A DNA stretch of 64,000 nt from Balanoglossus misakiensis. Its lineage: Eukaryota; Animalia; Hemichordata. This document shows, one piece after another, positions 12,801 to 25,000 of this stretch. Numbering within the stretch: position 1 is the first letter of the stretch; each line of letters starts with the position of its first letter. Position numbers and translations under genes: made by a program. Below the pieces are notes generated by a model. That model did no database searches and had not been told where the DNA came from. It saw only the letters and a program-made list of their open reading frames with translations. The stretch is taken from assembly GCA_040954595.2 (NCBI GenBank), contig CM082582.2, positions 12,024,415 through 12,088,414 on the forward strand. The letters run 5' to 3'.

Positions 12801-13943
12801 AGGTAAGAAATCAACATGAGTTCGAATGAAGCTTTTATTTTTATAAAAACTACCAATACCAAACATGTAAAATGTTAAGTCGCTAAAATATTATTTTTTG
12901 TTTGACACCGTGAAACTTTATGGATAAGTTAGAATTACATATTTGTTTCATTGCAGGTTTTCAACTCGGGTTTCGGTACACCCGATCTCCTATCATCATC
13001 CCGGATGGCAGCACGCCACCAAAGATGACGGTCACAAAATATATTCACAATGCAAGTCCTGGTTCAAGAGCGCCGCATTGTTTTCTACAAGATGGTTCAC
13101 CGATCTACAGCCACTTTGGTAAGTCCACACTGCAGCGAGCAAATCGAATGTAGACATTTTTGCTCATCTTCAGCCTGTTCCAATTAACATAGAAATTTAT
13201 CTAAGCCCTTTCTTTTCCTAATGGATCATTACAGAGAACAGTTTCACTCTGTTGTGTACAAGCAACGACAGCAAAGTCAAGGAAGAGGTGAAAATGTTGA
13301 CCAATGCCGCAGAGACTGCTGGGAACATTCCCATGAAGACACTTGTGCTTGTGCAACCGGAAGTCAAAAGACTGTATGAAAAGGTGAGTCATGCACAATC
13401 GCGTATTTCTTTACACCACTCCACTGACGTCAACGCCCCTCCTCAACCGGTATGGATCGAGTAGCAATAACAATAACATTCCTCTACATTGGTGGCCAAT
13501 TTTCTGGCCTTTATTCCTGCATACATCGCCCAATTGATCGCACGATCTAAGTTTTTCGGCATCAGTTTTTATCTGAAAAGTCACTTCAGATAGAATTTCG
13601 AGAGACTGCGAATACATATAGCTTGACTACATAAACTGTCCTACAATATGGGTATTTTATGATTTGGTTTTTGTAGAATTTGACCTTGATCCGTCCCGAC
13701 CACTTCATTGCTTGGCGGGGTGACGTCGTGCCAGAGCTGACCAATCACAGCACAGCTGAGGCTGCCGAACTCGTCATGAAAGTCGTCACAGGACACGTGA
13801 GATGTCCTGACGAATGGCTGACCAGATTCGCTTTCCGCGAACCGAAAGAGAAGAAACCGCGGTCGTTTCGATTCACACTGTTCCTCAACATCATTCTCGT
13901 GGTTGCAGCTGTGGTGATCTATAAACTATACAAGTCCTATTAA
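9840..13943 (+). CDS. FAD-dependent monooxygenase, PheA/TfdB (RebC/RdmE/PRK06126-like aromatic hydroxylase) family, 10 coding exons, 606 aa, C-terminal transmembrane tail
   Basis: Exons: 9840-10017, 10706-10932, 11048-11248, 11404-11573, 11775-11920, 12277-12413, 12619-12802, 12957-13118, 13235-13383, 13677-13943; 1821 nt, all GT-AG and in frame. Motifs: DVAIIGGGPVGL (GxGxxG), PK..TNTRSMELLRTIG, LGCDGAGS (DG), GRVFVAGDAAH..PLGAFGMNSGLEDAFNLAWK (GD), DSYEVERR, LGFRYTRSPIIIPDG, PGSRAPH, LIRPDHFIAWRG (thioredoxin-like C domain). An acceptor at 9805-9806 and a donor at 9278 suggest an upstream 5'UTR exon. AATAAA at 14196-14201. Confidence 0.92.
10945..11015. repeat. (TCTG)n microsatellite in monooxygenase intron 2
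   Basis: ctgtctgtctgtctgtctgtccatccgtctgtctgtctgt visible directly. Confidence 0.9.
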
Positions 13944-16900
13944 GGTCTGTGTTCTGCTTGTTCATATTCACCTCCAGAAGAGTGAATTCTGGAAATAGCC
14001 GATGTAGAATGCTCCTTACCTCGACGACAATATTATAAGCAATATTCGAGGAGTTTGTTCAATCACGAAGCGCCACCAAAGTCAAAAGGCACTTGAATTT
14101 GGTGAACATAGTATAATATAGATGGCGCTCTCCAAGTTCTTCGACGTTCAAATTTCTTTCTCAAATATTATAATCTTTCCTCTCGTCTCAGAGGAAATAA
14201 ATGCGTCACGTTTACAGTGATGGGTTTCTCAAAATGAAGAGTGCACAACTTTTCCAAGGGTTATAAGTCACGTACACAAACTGTGGTCACGTACATATGA
14301 TGTGACTATAATGAGCTCGCTTGAACGCAGACCCAGAAAGTTCCACATTGATCGATCGAATTGCCCTTAGCTACCAACGTGGATAAGCACCGCGCCTTGT
14401 CGAGGCTAGATGCTCATATAAAAAAAGATAAATTGTAAGTTATCAGTAGTGAATCTAGTTTTTGTACTTTAAAAATTGATCATTTTATATCGGAACGATA
14501 AACAATGCCTATCATTGTTGCCATATCCTGGACATCCGTACGATAGTATGTTTTTCATTACCAAAGAGAACATAAAAAATGTATGAAAATATAACTTGGT
14601 TGTTTCGGGTTCTGGCGAATTTGTGAACTTGTAGAAATGTCTGCATGTAGTCGCGATTTTATAGAAAAGGGGACGCTAGCAGTTAGAAGGTGATAAAATT
14701 AAAGATACAATTTTACTGTGAAAGTTTTCTTAATGGACATGAACATGTAAGTGATATTGGAACTTTCCGTTGGTGTAGCATATGGCTTTTAACACGGTTA
14801 ATGTGGTCCAAAGCTTGCGGTGCTATCTTATCGGTGGCCGGTAGAATACCTTGGGATAGGCGGCACATCGACCCCGGCCTTGTTTTATGCCGTCTTAGGT
14901 CAACCTCATAAACGGGATCCATAGATTTTTATTCCCTCCCCTGTCTGCCCTGCAGGAAACGGCAAGCTGTAGAACCGCCGCCGCTCCGTGTCAAATTGTC
15001 CGAAAGAGCGCCCCCGTACAAAATATTCCGTGTCGGCCTGGTAGGAATAAAAGGTCTCGCAGTGCTTTGTATGTGCAGGGGCGAACTGGCATTTGAAAAC
15101 AACGTTTCTTAACTTATAATCCGCACGATTTTAGTCTTAACTGCAAGACTCCAGTTCCACTTGGTGACTTACTGCTGTCCTTGAAGATAACATTTTGTGT
15201 CCCATGTGAAAGTGTATATAAAACGGCTCGTAATACCCCCGGTACCGCAGTAAGTCACAACCGGAGCAAGGCTGGGCAAAGAAACCACAATTCGTTCCGG
15301 GGCTCGTTTTTCATTGGCCAGCCGATGACAGGCATGGCCTGGGGCGTGCAGTGTGTATAAGTTTCTGTAAACGAAACGGCTAGTACATGTATAATTTGTA
15401 AACCAATTCAGTTCAGTGATCGCGATTTCAAAAGCGCGACATAAGTAGCCTGGGAGGAAAAAATGCACTGGACATGGTAGTATGTAGTCTAGTGTTTTTT
15501 TTTCGCCATGTGGAGCATAGCGAGAAAAAAAACCTTTGGTACCAGAATTGTGTAATCTGTTACAATAAAACTGTAACCAAGTTCTCGGCGACGAAAATAG
15601 AACGGCGTTAGACTTTTTACAGCTTCGATAAATCCTTTAAGCACCCAGTTTGTTGTTTTAGTGGCCAATTTTATGTCCCCTCATTAATGGCGGGACGTAG
15701 ACTTGCAGCGGTCAGGAACATCGTCGCTTGTCACTGGAGTCGAGCAAAGCAGAAATATCACGCCTTAAAAGCCGGCGTATTTCATTTTTTATGGCTAATA
15801 TGCTATGTCAGTATTTCATCGGATGATGCGGCGGCGGCACACTGGAGTTGCATGGTCTGCCGTAGTCATCTTTCATTGCCGCATACCTTTCATTGGCTCA
15901 TAACTCTTCCTTTCTCCGCGTCTTTCTGGGCCCCATTAATGTGAGATCTGGCGAGAGTGAAAATGGGGCCAGGCAACTTTTGCTTCTCCCCCAACATCAC
16001 CGGCATACCGACGGGCAAAGGCGCGGTTGGTGAGAAAACAGATGCCTACGTCGCCAACGTGTATTTCCCCCCCTCTTATATCTGTTTATACGACACTCCG
16101 CTGAAAGCACTGTCTCCATCCCCGATTTTTTCCCAAAGAACCGGGGTGCCAAGGCATGGATTTTCTCAACCTACTGATAATTCTTATGGCCCACTTCAAG
16201 AACTCTGTATTTACACCACACATAACATCGTAAATTTGGTCGAGGTCCAGACCCCAGCATGCCGGGGCACTTAAGACCACTCTCGCACTATCAGCAAGAG
16301 TGACGCCCATGGCTCTATTTTGGGGGACAACAACGACAGAATAAGCGTGAATGCCACTGCTGAGGTCGTGAGAGAGAATATTTCTCTTCATGCAGGTTTT
16401 CTTGTCGCCTAATACACAAATAACAAAATCTTTATTATTTATCATCAAAATGTAGAAATGATTGTGATATTTTCTCTCTCAGGGCTGTGTAACGCACTAT
16501 GTGTTCCTTGGCTAGATTTGTATGTAGATATTTTTTTTCGGAGGCAGCTTCGAAGCGCCATCAGAATTCATCCCGGCGTCGACCCGTTCTACTCATCAAC
16601 ACATAGCCCCCATTAATTAATGAATAAGGTGAATCCAATACTGTCCCTAATCCACGGTTTAGTCAAGGATTACCATTTTCTCTCCCAGCTCAAACTTCAA
16701 GCGCCTAAAAAGTCATCAAGATGACGAAGTGTGTTTAAGCCGGCGCGAGTTCTCCGTGACTATATGGCTGTGGCAATCCGCTCAACAGTCAAAACATGCA
16801 GAAGATATGAGTCATTTGACTGTGTGCGCCAAGCAGCTATTCCGGTGAAATCCTAAAAAAAGCCACACGGCAAATTACGCACTTTACCGTGTAGCACTTC

Positions 16901-17649
16901 TGACTAATTTAGTGTAAATTTTCTTGCTAATCGCGCAGGGCAATGGGTACTTAAGATTTGTGAAGACGATAATTGTGGGTGGTTTCAGCACTTGCGAAAT
17001 CTAATTGTACGGCTCGACACCTCTCGTTGTGCTATCATGCAACATTCGCAGCGATGTGTACTTGTGCCAGAAGAAATTGTCCCTACAAAGATTTATCGCC
17101 GCACCGTGTCCACGTCGCGAGCGAGTCGCCGCCATACCCGGTGCATGTATAGCGTTGATCATATCCCAGAATTAAAATTAAAACTCGCTGACTGCGTGGA
17201 CCGAGAGAGAGAGGCGATTCCATTATGTGGAAAGCATAGCCTAGAGACGACTAAAACCCGATATTTTACGACGAAGGGAAAACAAGCATACAGAACTAAT
17301 CAAAATTCTAAGAGTAGTAAGCCGTTTACTCTAATGTTTGTCCGGTAATCGCTTTATTGGATGTACGCAATCTACCAAATTAACGAACTCTGTCCTCCTG
17401 CATGATATTGCACACCGACAATGATGCGCCAGTTTTAAGATAGTCCATCTCGTTGTGCGCGAAATATCCACTTTCCCCCGCAGTCAATATCGGCCCACCC
17501 TGGGTTTCCACATCTGAGTCAACGTAAATCTTTGCTTCTCCAACTCGTTTGCGCGGTTTTATTTACGACCGTGCTTGAGGAAACGATGAGAAACCGAACG
17601 GAATTCGACCAAAAATAATTCTGGCGGCGAAAGCTTGAGGAGGGCTCCG

Positions 17650-17712
17650 AAATTGGACAGGACGTAGGTCGCGCCAGAGTTGTGACCATGACGTCACGTT
17701 GCCGTGGCAACG
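17650..17712. promoter_or_regulatory. CCAAT + CRE + RFX X-box promoter-like module
   Basis: ATTGG 17652-17656, TGACGTCA 17689-17696 and GTTGCCGTGGCAAC 17698-17711 in a CpG-rich patch. Confidence 0.55.
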
Positions 17713-20700
17713 GGCCGCATCACTGGCCGCGATGGCCTCGGACAAGATATGCCCATAAACAGATGCTGAATCTGTGTTATTTCAAAATCCTAGACCAATG
17801 CAGTCGAATGCTAACTCAGAAACCTGTCTGCGGCTCCGGATGAAAATTTGCGATGATGGGAAATAGTTTGATCTGGCTACCGACCCCATTGACTGAACAA
17901 TCGTACTTTGACCTATTGGATGGGGAAACGACGCACAAGAGCAAAATATTAAAAGAAACTTTAGTCTTTTATGTTCAGTTTTAACAATCTAGAACACTTT
18001 TACAATCGGTCGACTGTGACAAGCGAAAAATAATCGTCCCACTTGGGAATGAATGAGGAACTTCTCAGATTGTAGTCGTCATAATCTCCAGCCATTTTAT
18101 ATTCTTCCTCCGTGTATTGAATTGTATTCACTTATCCGGTTGCCATAACAACACGAAAATGTCTTATATCTGCAGGTTTTTGTCTTTTTCAAACATCTTT
18201 CATCTTGGAAATTGACAAAACCGAATTAGATAAGTTTCCTCTCTTAAAACTCGTACAGAAAGACAACTGCTTTTATTTCCCGAGCCTTGAGTCGTGATAT
18301 TTAACTTGAAAAGAGGATAGTTCTCTCCCAGGAATTTTTGGCATGGGCTGGGACGAATTCTTGGATATTATGGACATGCTTATGGTGTGTATTCAGAATG
18401 CTTGTAGATTTTGTCTGAGAGAATTTGTAGCTTGCCATTAATCCAAACATCGAGGGATGCTGGAACACAAACATCATGAAATGCAGAAAATGAAACGACC
18501 GCGTCTGGAATACCGCGAAGTACTTTGACAGACACTGGTAATTGGTTCAAAGAGGGAGGGTTTCTGGTCATTGTCATTTCGTGCAGCTTAACTTTGGCGC
18601 CAAATTGTGCGTAAATTTACTGGCTTGGACGTTCGGTTGATTGTGAGAATCCCCAAGAGGACTGTCTAATGCAGGGCGGTGCCGCGGCTGTCCTCGGCAA
18701 CTCCCGGTCAACGTCGATTTGTCGTCCACTTGGAATCGTCTTTGAAGTGTCCGGCTAGCCAGTTACTTATGAACGGACACCCCCCACGAAAGAAAAGACG
18801 CAATCAAAAACACTCATGCCAGACTTCTGATTTCTAGCAGATGCGTCGGTTTACATGAATCACACCAGCACACATTTGGTATCAAGTGAACGACTTGATA
18901 TTCGCATTTCTTTCCCGTGAATATAGAAATCCAGTTTTCAGTAAAGTTATTCTCAAACTTTTTGGTCTGGGCGCCGCCTCGTCCGCTTCACAACAACGCG
19001 TAGTATCGTGTACACTCCAATCGGTGGCGGGCGCCAATTTCATCTTTTTATGTCTTATTTTATATTTATGTCGCCGGAATGGAGGCCATCTGCTCTTGCT
19101 ATATCATGTTATGGCCAACTTTTCTGGCAAACAACGGAGATTAACGGGTGCCGGGAACAGTTTACACGTAAGAAATAACCTCCCACGTAATAAAACCTAC
19201 ATATCAAAGCTTCCGATGCCCTGCTGAAGAAGTGTAGACAAACGCACACACACTCGAGTCAAGCGAGAAAAGAAACAGAGATTTCTCCAGCTTTTTTATG
19301 CTTTCACCACAAAAAGGAAAATAATGAGACGAGAAGAAGCAGACTAGACACGGAGACTGGGAGGATGGGTCTGTAAGACAAGATCAGAAGGGAGAATCCA
19401 AGCTTACAGCATCGGTTATTTTCCCTCTCAATGTTTGTGGTTTCCGGATTAATACAACTAATCGCGCCGTGATCTGTTCAGAAATGGAATTTTGCCCCGG
19501 GTAGTGGAAAGAGAACCCCCTACTCCGGTATCCACCGGTTCAATGACTAAAACGGAAATCATATATCAAAAAAAGTCAGACGTCTTCTTTCTGTTGGTGT
19601 TCCACGGGGGATGATAGGAAATCTACCGGGGATGAGGAGGCGACCAGGCGAGGGTGGTCAGCGCCTTATATACGAGGGAAGAGGTGAAGGTTAGATAAAT
19701 TGTTAGTTTTAAAAGAGTGCTTAAATTGTCATTAAAACCCGATACTGAATCATTCTCCCTGTCTCTGCAGTAAAGTTTACGACTGAATGAGTTATGGGGT
19801 GATATGTGAAGAACGTCTCGGGTTATCAAATGGCGGACAGACTGGTTCCATATTGGCTTTCTAAAATAAACAACAACTGATGAAGGTTGTCAACAGCTAG
19901 GCTGCTGTAATCCGGCGAAAGAACAGGCGCACAAACAAACAAAACTAGGTTGCCGCTCTGATGAGCTGCAACGCCGTTTATTGTTGGACTGGTTTGTTGG
20001 TGGTGGTGTGATTCTCGCGTGACTTCACGCCAAAGTTCCACCGGCTTTCCGTAAATACCTGCATTAATGTTAATGACTATGGGCATACGGCCATTTCACA
20101 GACCGACCCCCTGCAGATTATAAACAACATACAGCGCTGAAAGTTTTCGAATAAATTAATTATCATTCGCAAATGAGTACCTGGATCGCCGGCTACAGTT
20201 TCCATCACCAGGCTCGGAACCCTGTCGCAATTTCACAACCAGCAAACAAAAATAAAGAAACCCCCTTATTTGTCATGGCTGAGGGACTAAACTTGCCCCC
20301 AAGACGTTGGCAAGTAATTATGCAGCTAATGAAGAAATTCTGAACCCATGCACGGAGTATGTGCGCAATGTGAAACACGGACGGATCGAGATACCGTTTT
20401 CATCGGTAGTACTGCCAACCTGGCCGACAAACATTAATAACGCCCGTATTGTGTTTCGCTCGGAATCAGCCAGGTAATTTCGACAGACGTTGCTTTGACC
20501 CGACCGATCCTTTTCATCGATATCCCCACCCGAATGAGCAATTAGTATTTTATTTTATTTTTTTAATTTAGAAACTCCGGATCAGAAAACAGTTTACCAA
20601 AGTTCACAAAAATCATCCATGGGGAAAAAAAGCTAACCAGAAATTGAAGCAAGAAGGGGTGACCTGTTTGTTAAAAAAACCGACCGGGCGCGTTTCTCCA

Positions 20701-21054
20701 ATTCGCAAGAAGTAGTTCAATGACATTAGAAACAATTTTAAAATCTGTTTTTTTACGGCATAAAATGTCCAGTGAAAGTAAAGTGAAGAGAGGTTGGTTA
20801 TCTTGGAAAATATTGCCGACATAACTGCGGTTGACATTTTTGATGAGTAATATTTAATTTAAAAGAGGCCAGTCTAAGATTTAAGATAGCAGCTGACAAT
20901 TATTTAATTTATCTCACTGTGAAAAAATACACCAAGCGCAACTTCTATTTCACCGAGGCATCAGTTGGCGATGTTAAAAGCTTAACTTAAAACACTTAAA
21001 TCACCCATCAATAAACAAGTCTCTCGCTCTATACTGAATGATTAAACAGAAGGA

Positions 21055-21107
21055 AAAACACACACACGAGAAGTCATTACACTGTATCTCTGATAAACGG
21101 ATTTATT
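21055..21107 (-). terminator. Probable Tbx20 polyadenylation site
   Basis: AATAAA on the - strand (tttatt 21102-21107) followed about 30 nt later by a GU/U-rich element (gtgtgtgtgttttt, ~21055-21068). Implies a 3'UTR of about 640 nt containing a Pumilio-type UGUAUAUA (~21261-21268). Confidence 0.6.
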
Positions 21108-21723
21108 CACAATAAATAACAATAATTTACAACCAGAACAGTTGAGATCAGAAAGTTTCATGGGAAATGCCCATGGCCTCTGCTATCTTATATAATAAAT
21201 AGTTTAACACTTCATGGCAAACACGTGACCACTGGGGACTTTTTGTTTAAAATACATATGTATATACAAAAAAAGCAACACACAGAATAAGATGATTTTG
21301 CGCTGAAACTTACTAATACTTCAAAACAACTCGCATTAATGGCATTTTTATTAAATCTTCTAATTTCGATGCTGGAGATATCACGGGATATCTTTTGGCA
21401 GTGGAAATCTTGAGAAAATAGAATTTAAGGAAATATCTTGCGCGAGAAGTATATTGCTGTGTATTATTGAAGTAGATTGTCTATGTTGCGAATGAACGTA
21501 GCTCACTTGCTGTGGGAAATGGGTAATTTGAAAATTTGTCCAAAAATGAAGAACTTGTCAATTTGTCTCACGATTATTTTCTCGTGGTCTAGGCTTTCTT
21601 TGCGAACTCCCGCTTCGCAGACCCGAGTAGAAGGTTCCTCGAGATCAGATCGAGAGCGGATTTACAAACAAATCGGCAGATGCCAAGAAATAAATATTGC
21701 TTTTAATAATCGGTGTCCTCTAG

Positions 21724-22061
21724 TCACACGAACGGCGTCATCACAGACGTCGGCCTGAGAGATTGGAACGATGCGTATGGTCCCTGTGAGAACAGTCGAT
21801 GATACCGCTGAAACTGCAGCGACTGGTACGTGTGCGAGGGGAGCAGTCTGTTGTAGCGCAGTGGCCCGGCTACTGGGTGCGGTATAGGCGTTGACAGGGC
21901 CTGGCTGCTGGTCGTTGACACGGCGGACATGACCGGGTACGCCGACGGCGAGCCCAGCGGCTGGAACATTGAAAGTCCGTGCACCGGCGAGAGTGCTACT
22001 CGAGACGGCACTGGAACGCGTATCGCGCCAGCTGCTGACATCGGTAAACTGTTATTGGCCC
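21724..22061 (-). CDS. TBX20: Tbx20 terminal exon (GANNSLPMS...SVMTPFV*)
   Basis: tttcag acceptor at 22063-22062, phase 1; conserved Tbx20 C-terminus. Confidence 0.93.
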
Positions 22062-25000
22062 CTGAAAGACAGTAAAAAAAGGTTGTGTCAGACGTCAGAA
22101 TTCCCCGACGTGCAAATATTAGTTGTGTTTAATGTGTGGTATTTCTTGGCAGGAGTGTTGACATAACCTATAGATTCAGTGTGGGCGAGTACATGGTTGT
22201 AAAGACCATGGTGATGGCGGTGATGGTAGTGATGTTGGTGGTGGTGGTGGTGGTGCTGATGATGATGATTCCACCTGAAGGGGACGGGATTGCGGACCTC
22301 TGTGATCCAATCAACGCATGCGTTACATCTGTTACATCATACTTTTTGTTTGTATAATTAAACTTCTTTGATAATTACCTAACACGTCTCCCTTGATATT
22401 TGTGGAATTGTTTTCACCGTCGAATTCGTGCTCTTCATATGCCCGGATAGGTGATCTTGCATATGTGTGTTCGTGAATTAAGTTCTCCACTGTTTCTCGG
22501 GGAAAGAAGCTGAAATAAGAAAAGAAAAATACAAATTCGTTATACAGTGTACTTTCTCCTGAACAGAACACAATGCCTGGAAACATAGATCCTATTTTTT
22601 GTCTCTCGAGCAAATTTCCAGTGGAAGCAAGCGATCTGTATATGTGGTCTCTCCAAAATCCTATCTGACATGTCCAGAATGAGATTTAATATCAGGCGTC
22701 ATTGATGCTATCGTGCCCCTGCATGTAATTTTAGCGATAACTGTCAAAGAAGACAATGACGCGGCCATGATGTTTCATATCTGATATGACACGGGATGGA
22801 TAATGATACACGAGTGGGATGGCGCATCTTTGAGATCTTTCCTCCCCCCGATAATACGAATCTAACCCTGCGCGCGATTACGATCGCTTGATTGACAAAC
22901 TGGGCTATGTGTGCGATAAGTCTGACTTCAAACAAATACATTTTTTGCGCGACGGGAGTTTACCGAGCGGAAAATGTCGGGGAATTTTTGGTGTATTTTG
23001 TCGCCGCAAAACAGCGCGCTGTCGTTTCCTATCCCAAGCTGACTTGTTGACATCAAGCAACGTTTTATTGACATCTGAAGTAAGAAGTAATGAATATTTC
23101 ATCGCTGCATTATTACAGATATTATCACTTTCTGAGTAGAACAGAGGAAGCGCTAAATGTCTGCATGTAGGTATAAAATGAGACGCAATATATTTTTGAT
23201 ATTCCATTGTGAAAATAACACGAATATGTAGGCCTATGCAAAGTTGGATCCAATCACACATTTTCACTTGGGCCGCGGAGGGCCACGTGAAAAAAAAGTG
23301 AACCAATCGAAGACCTAAACACGCTCCTCTAACCATTTATGGGTATATGTAAATCAGAGGTAATTTTATTCTTTTAACAAAACAATTTCATCCCACTCAC
23401 ACCACCCTCCTTGTTGTACTACAATCACTCATTGATGACGTCATTCGGGCATATACCGAATCGTATGTCGTCAAGGTAATTATTGCTATGTCTATTAGTC
23501 TACGTGTAAACGCAGCTCTGACGACAAGTGATTCGGTGAATTTCAGTGAAAGAAAAGACCACATAAATAACTGTTGACATTATAAAATAGATAAGTAAAA
23601 TAACGCGGAATGGTGACTATGTTTTTTGCAAGTTATACTTGGCGAGATACAACAAAGCGTCTCGCAATAATATCACACACAAAGGAATTTCATCGACTAT
23701 ATGTTTTTTTTTTTCAACAGAACCCTAAATGGCGAGGGAGACTGAGACGGCAGTGGGCCCAGATCGACGATCGATCGTAATGAAAATTGATATTCTAATG
23801 GGGATACAATGGGAGACTTGCTCGCTGCATCCAATGAAATCCCAATTTTATCGAAATCAAGAAATCCAAAGTAGACGCTAGAGCCGATCACCCACGTGGT
23901 AATGATCTCGAGCTAAAACGCGAATTGGGAATCGAAACGCCGAGAAAATAACCCTCGCGAAGACAGAAATGCTATCTTGTACGTCGTTAGCTCCAAGCAG
24001 AGTGATGGTTTCTTCGAGTCTTATCTTAATTAAGGAGAGTTGCGCACATAGGAGATAACTTTCCTTTACAGCCAATAGATAGGTGATCGAGTCCCAGACA
24101 ATCAGGAGCTCAGCGCGCGCAGAGGATCACTGATATCAGACCAACTCTAACTGCTATGGCTGATGGGAAAAGCTGCCCCACGGGATGACCTCCCCTCAAA
24201 CTTATTCACGTGATGTGCCCACTCATTATTTTTTTCAAATCACAGGTTTTTTTTTTTCAAATGCAATTGTGGTCTCCGTTTGGAGCAAAAGAAAAAATGT
24301 TAATTGTACATGTACTTAATGAATTTTGGTAATCGATATTTCTGCAACAATACAATTGGTATCTCTTTCATTACCACAGCATAGAAAACGTTACTCGTAA
24401 TTTTCAAACGATTAAGTTTGCGGCATGAGCTCAGCCGTAACTTGAGTATTCGAAAAAAGCTTTTACATGTAATAACTACTAGTATTCCGGGTCATCAAAA
24501 CCTGCTTGTGTTATGGAGTGTTTACCTCGTGTCGGACGGGCCCAGTTTATCTCTGACAACCCTACCTCCTGATCACTTCTGCCCATAACTTTTTGACATT
24601 CGGAAAATTTTCGGAAAACATTCTGATACACCATGCACAGGTGACGACAGAGCAATGCCGTAAACTTAAACACTGGCAAATCACCCCAACGAACCGCCAC
24701 GGTAGTTTTCAGATGTGCGGATATTCCTCGTTTCCATCACACGGAAAGCTAACTACGAATAAGTTGGGGGGTCAATACGTATATTCGGTCCCCGTAACTT
24801 CCTACCTTATATTTGCAAAGGAGTGCCAGTCTACGGTTCTAGGAATAATGGAAGAAAAGACGGGTATGTTCAGTATTACTCGTTGAGAAAGAGCTCAGAA
24901 GTACAAAAAATGCAACTTTGTACGAAGTCAGAAAGCAATATTTGACAATACATGTGACGTTGAGGTTCAGGGTAATTCGGCCCCCCTCGTTCAAAAATTT

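Noticed and set aside
9840-13943. Bacterial contamination as the origin of the monooxygenase
   Set aside because: It has nine canonical GT-AG introns and a poly(A) signal, and is contiguous with PNKP and Tbx20.
14000-21050. Short ORFs (60-120 aa) in the intergenic region, including a possible exon at ~18332-18440
   Set aside because: No recognisable domains and no chain of frame-compatible splice sites.
22136-22357. + strand Val/Met-rich hydrophobic ORF
   Set aside because: It is simply the antisense reading of the CAC/CAT tract in the Tbx20 intron.
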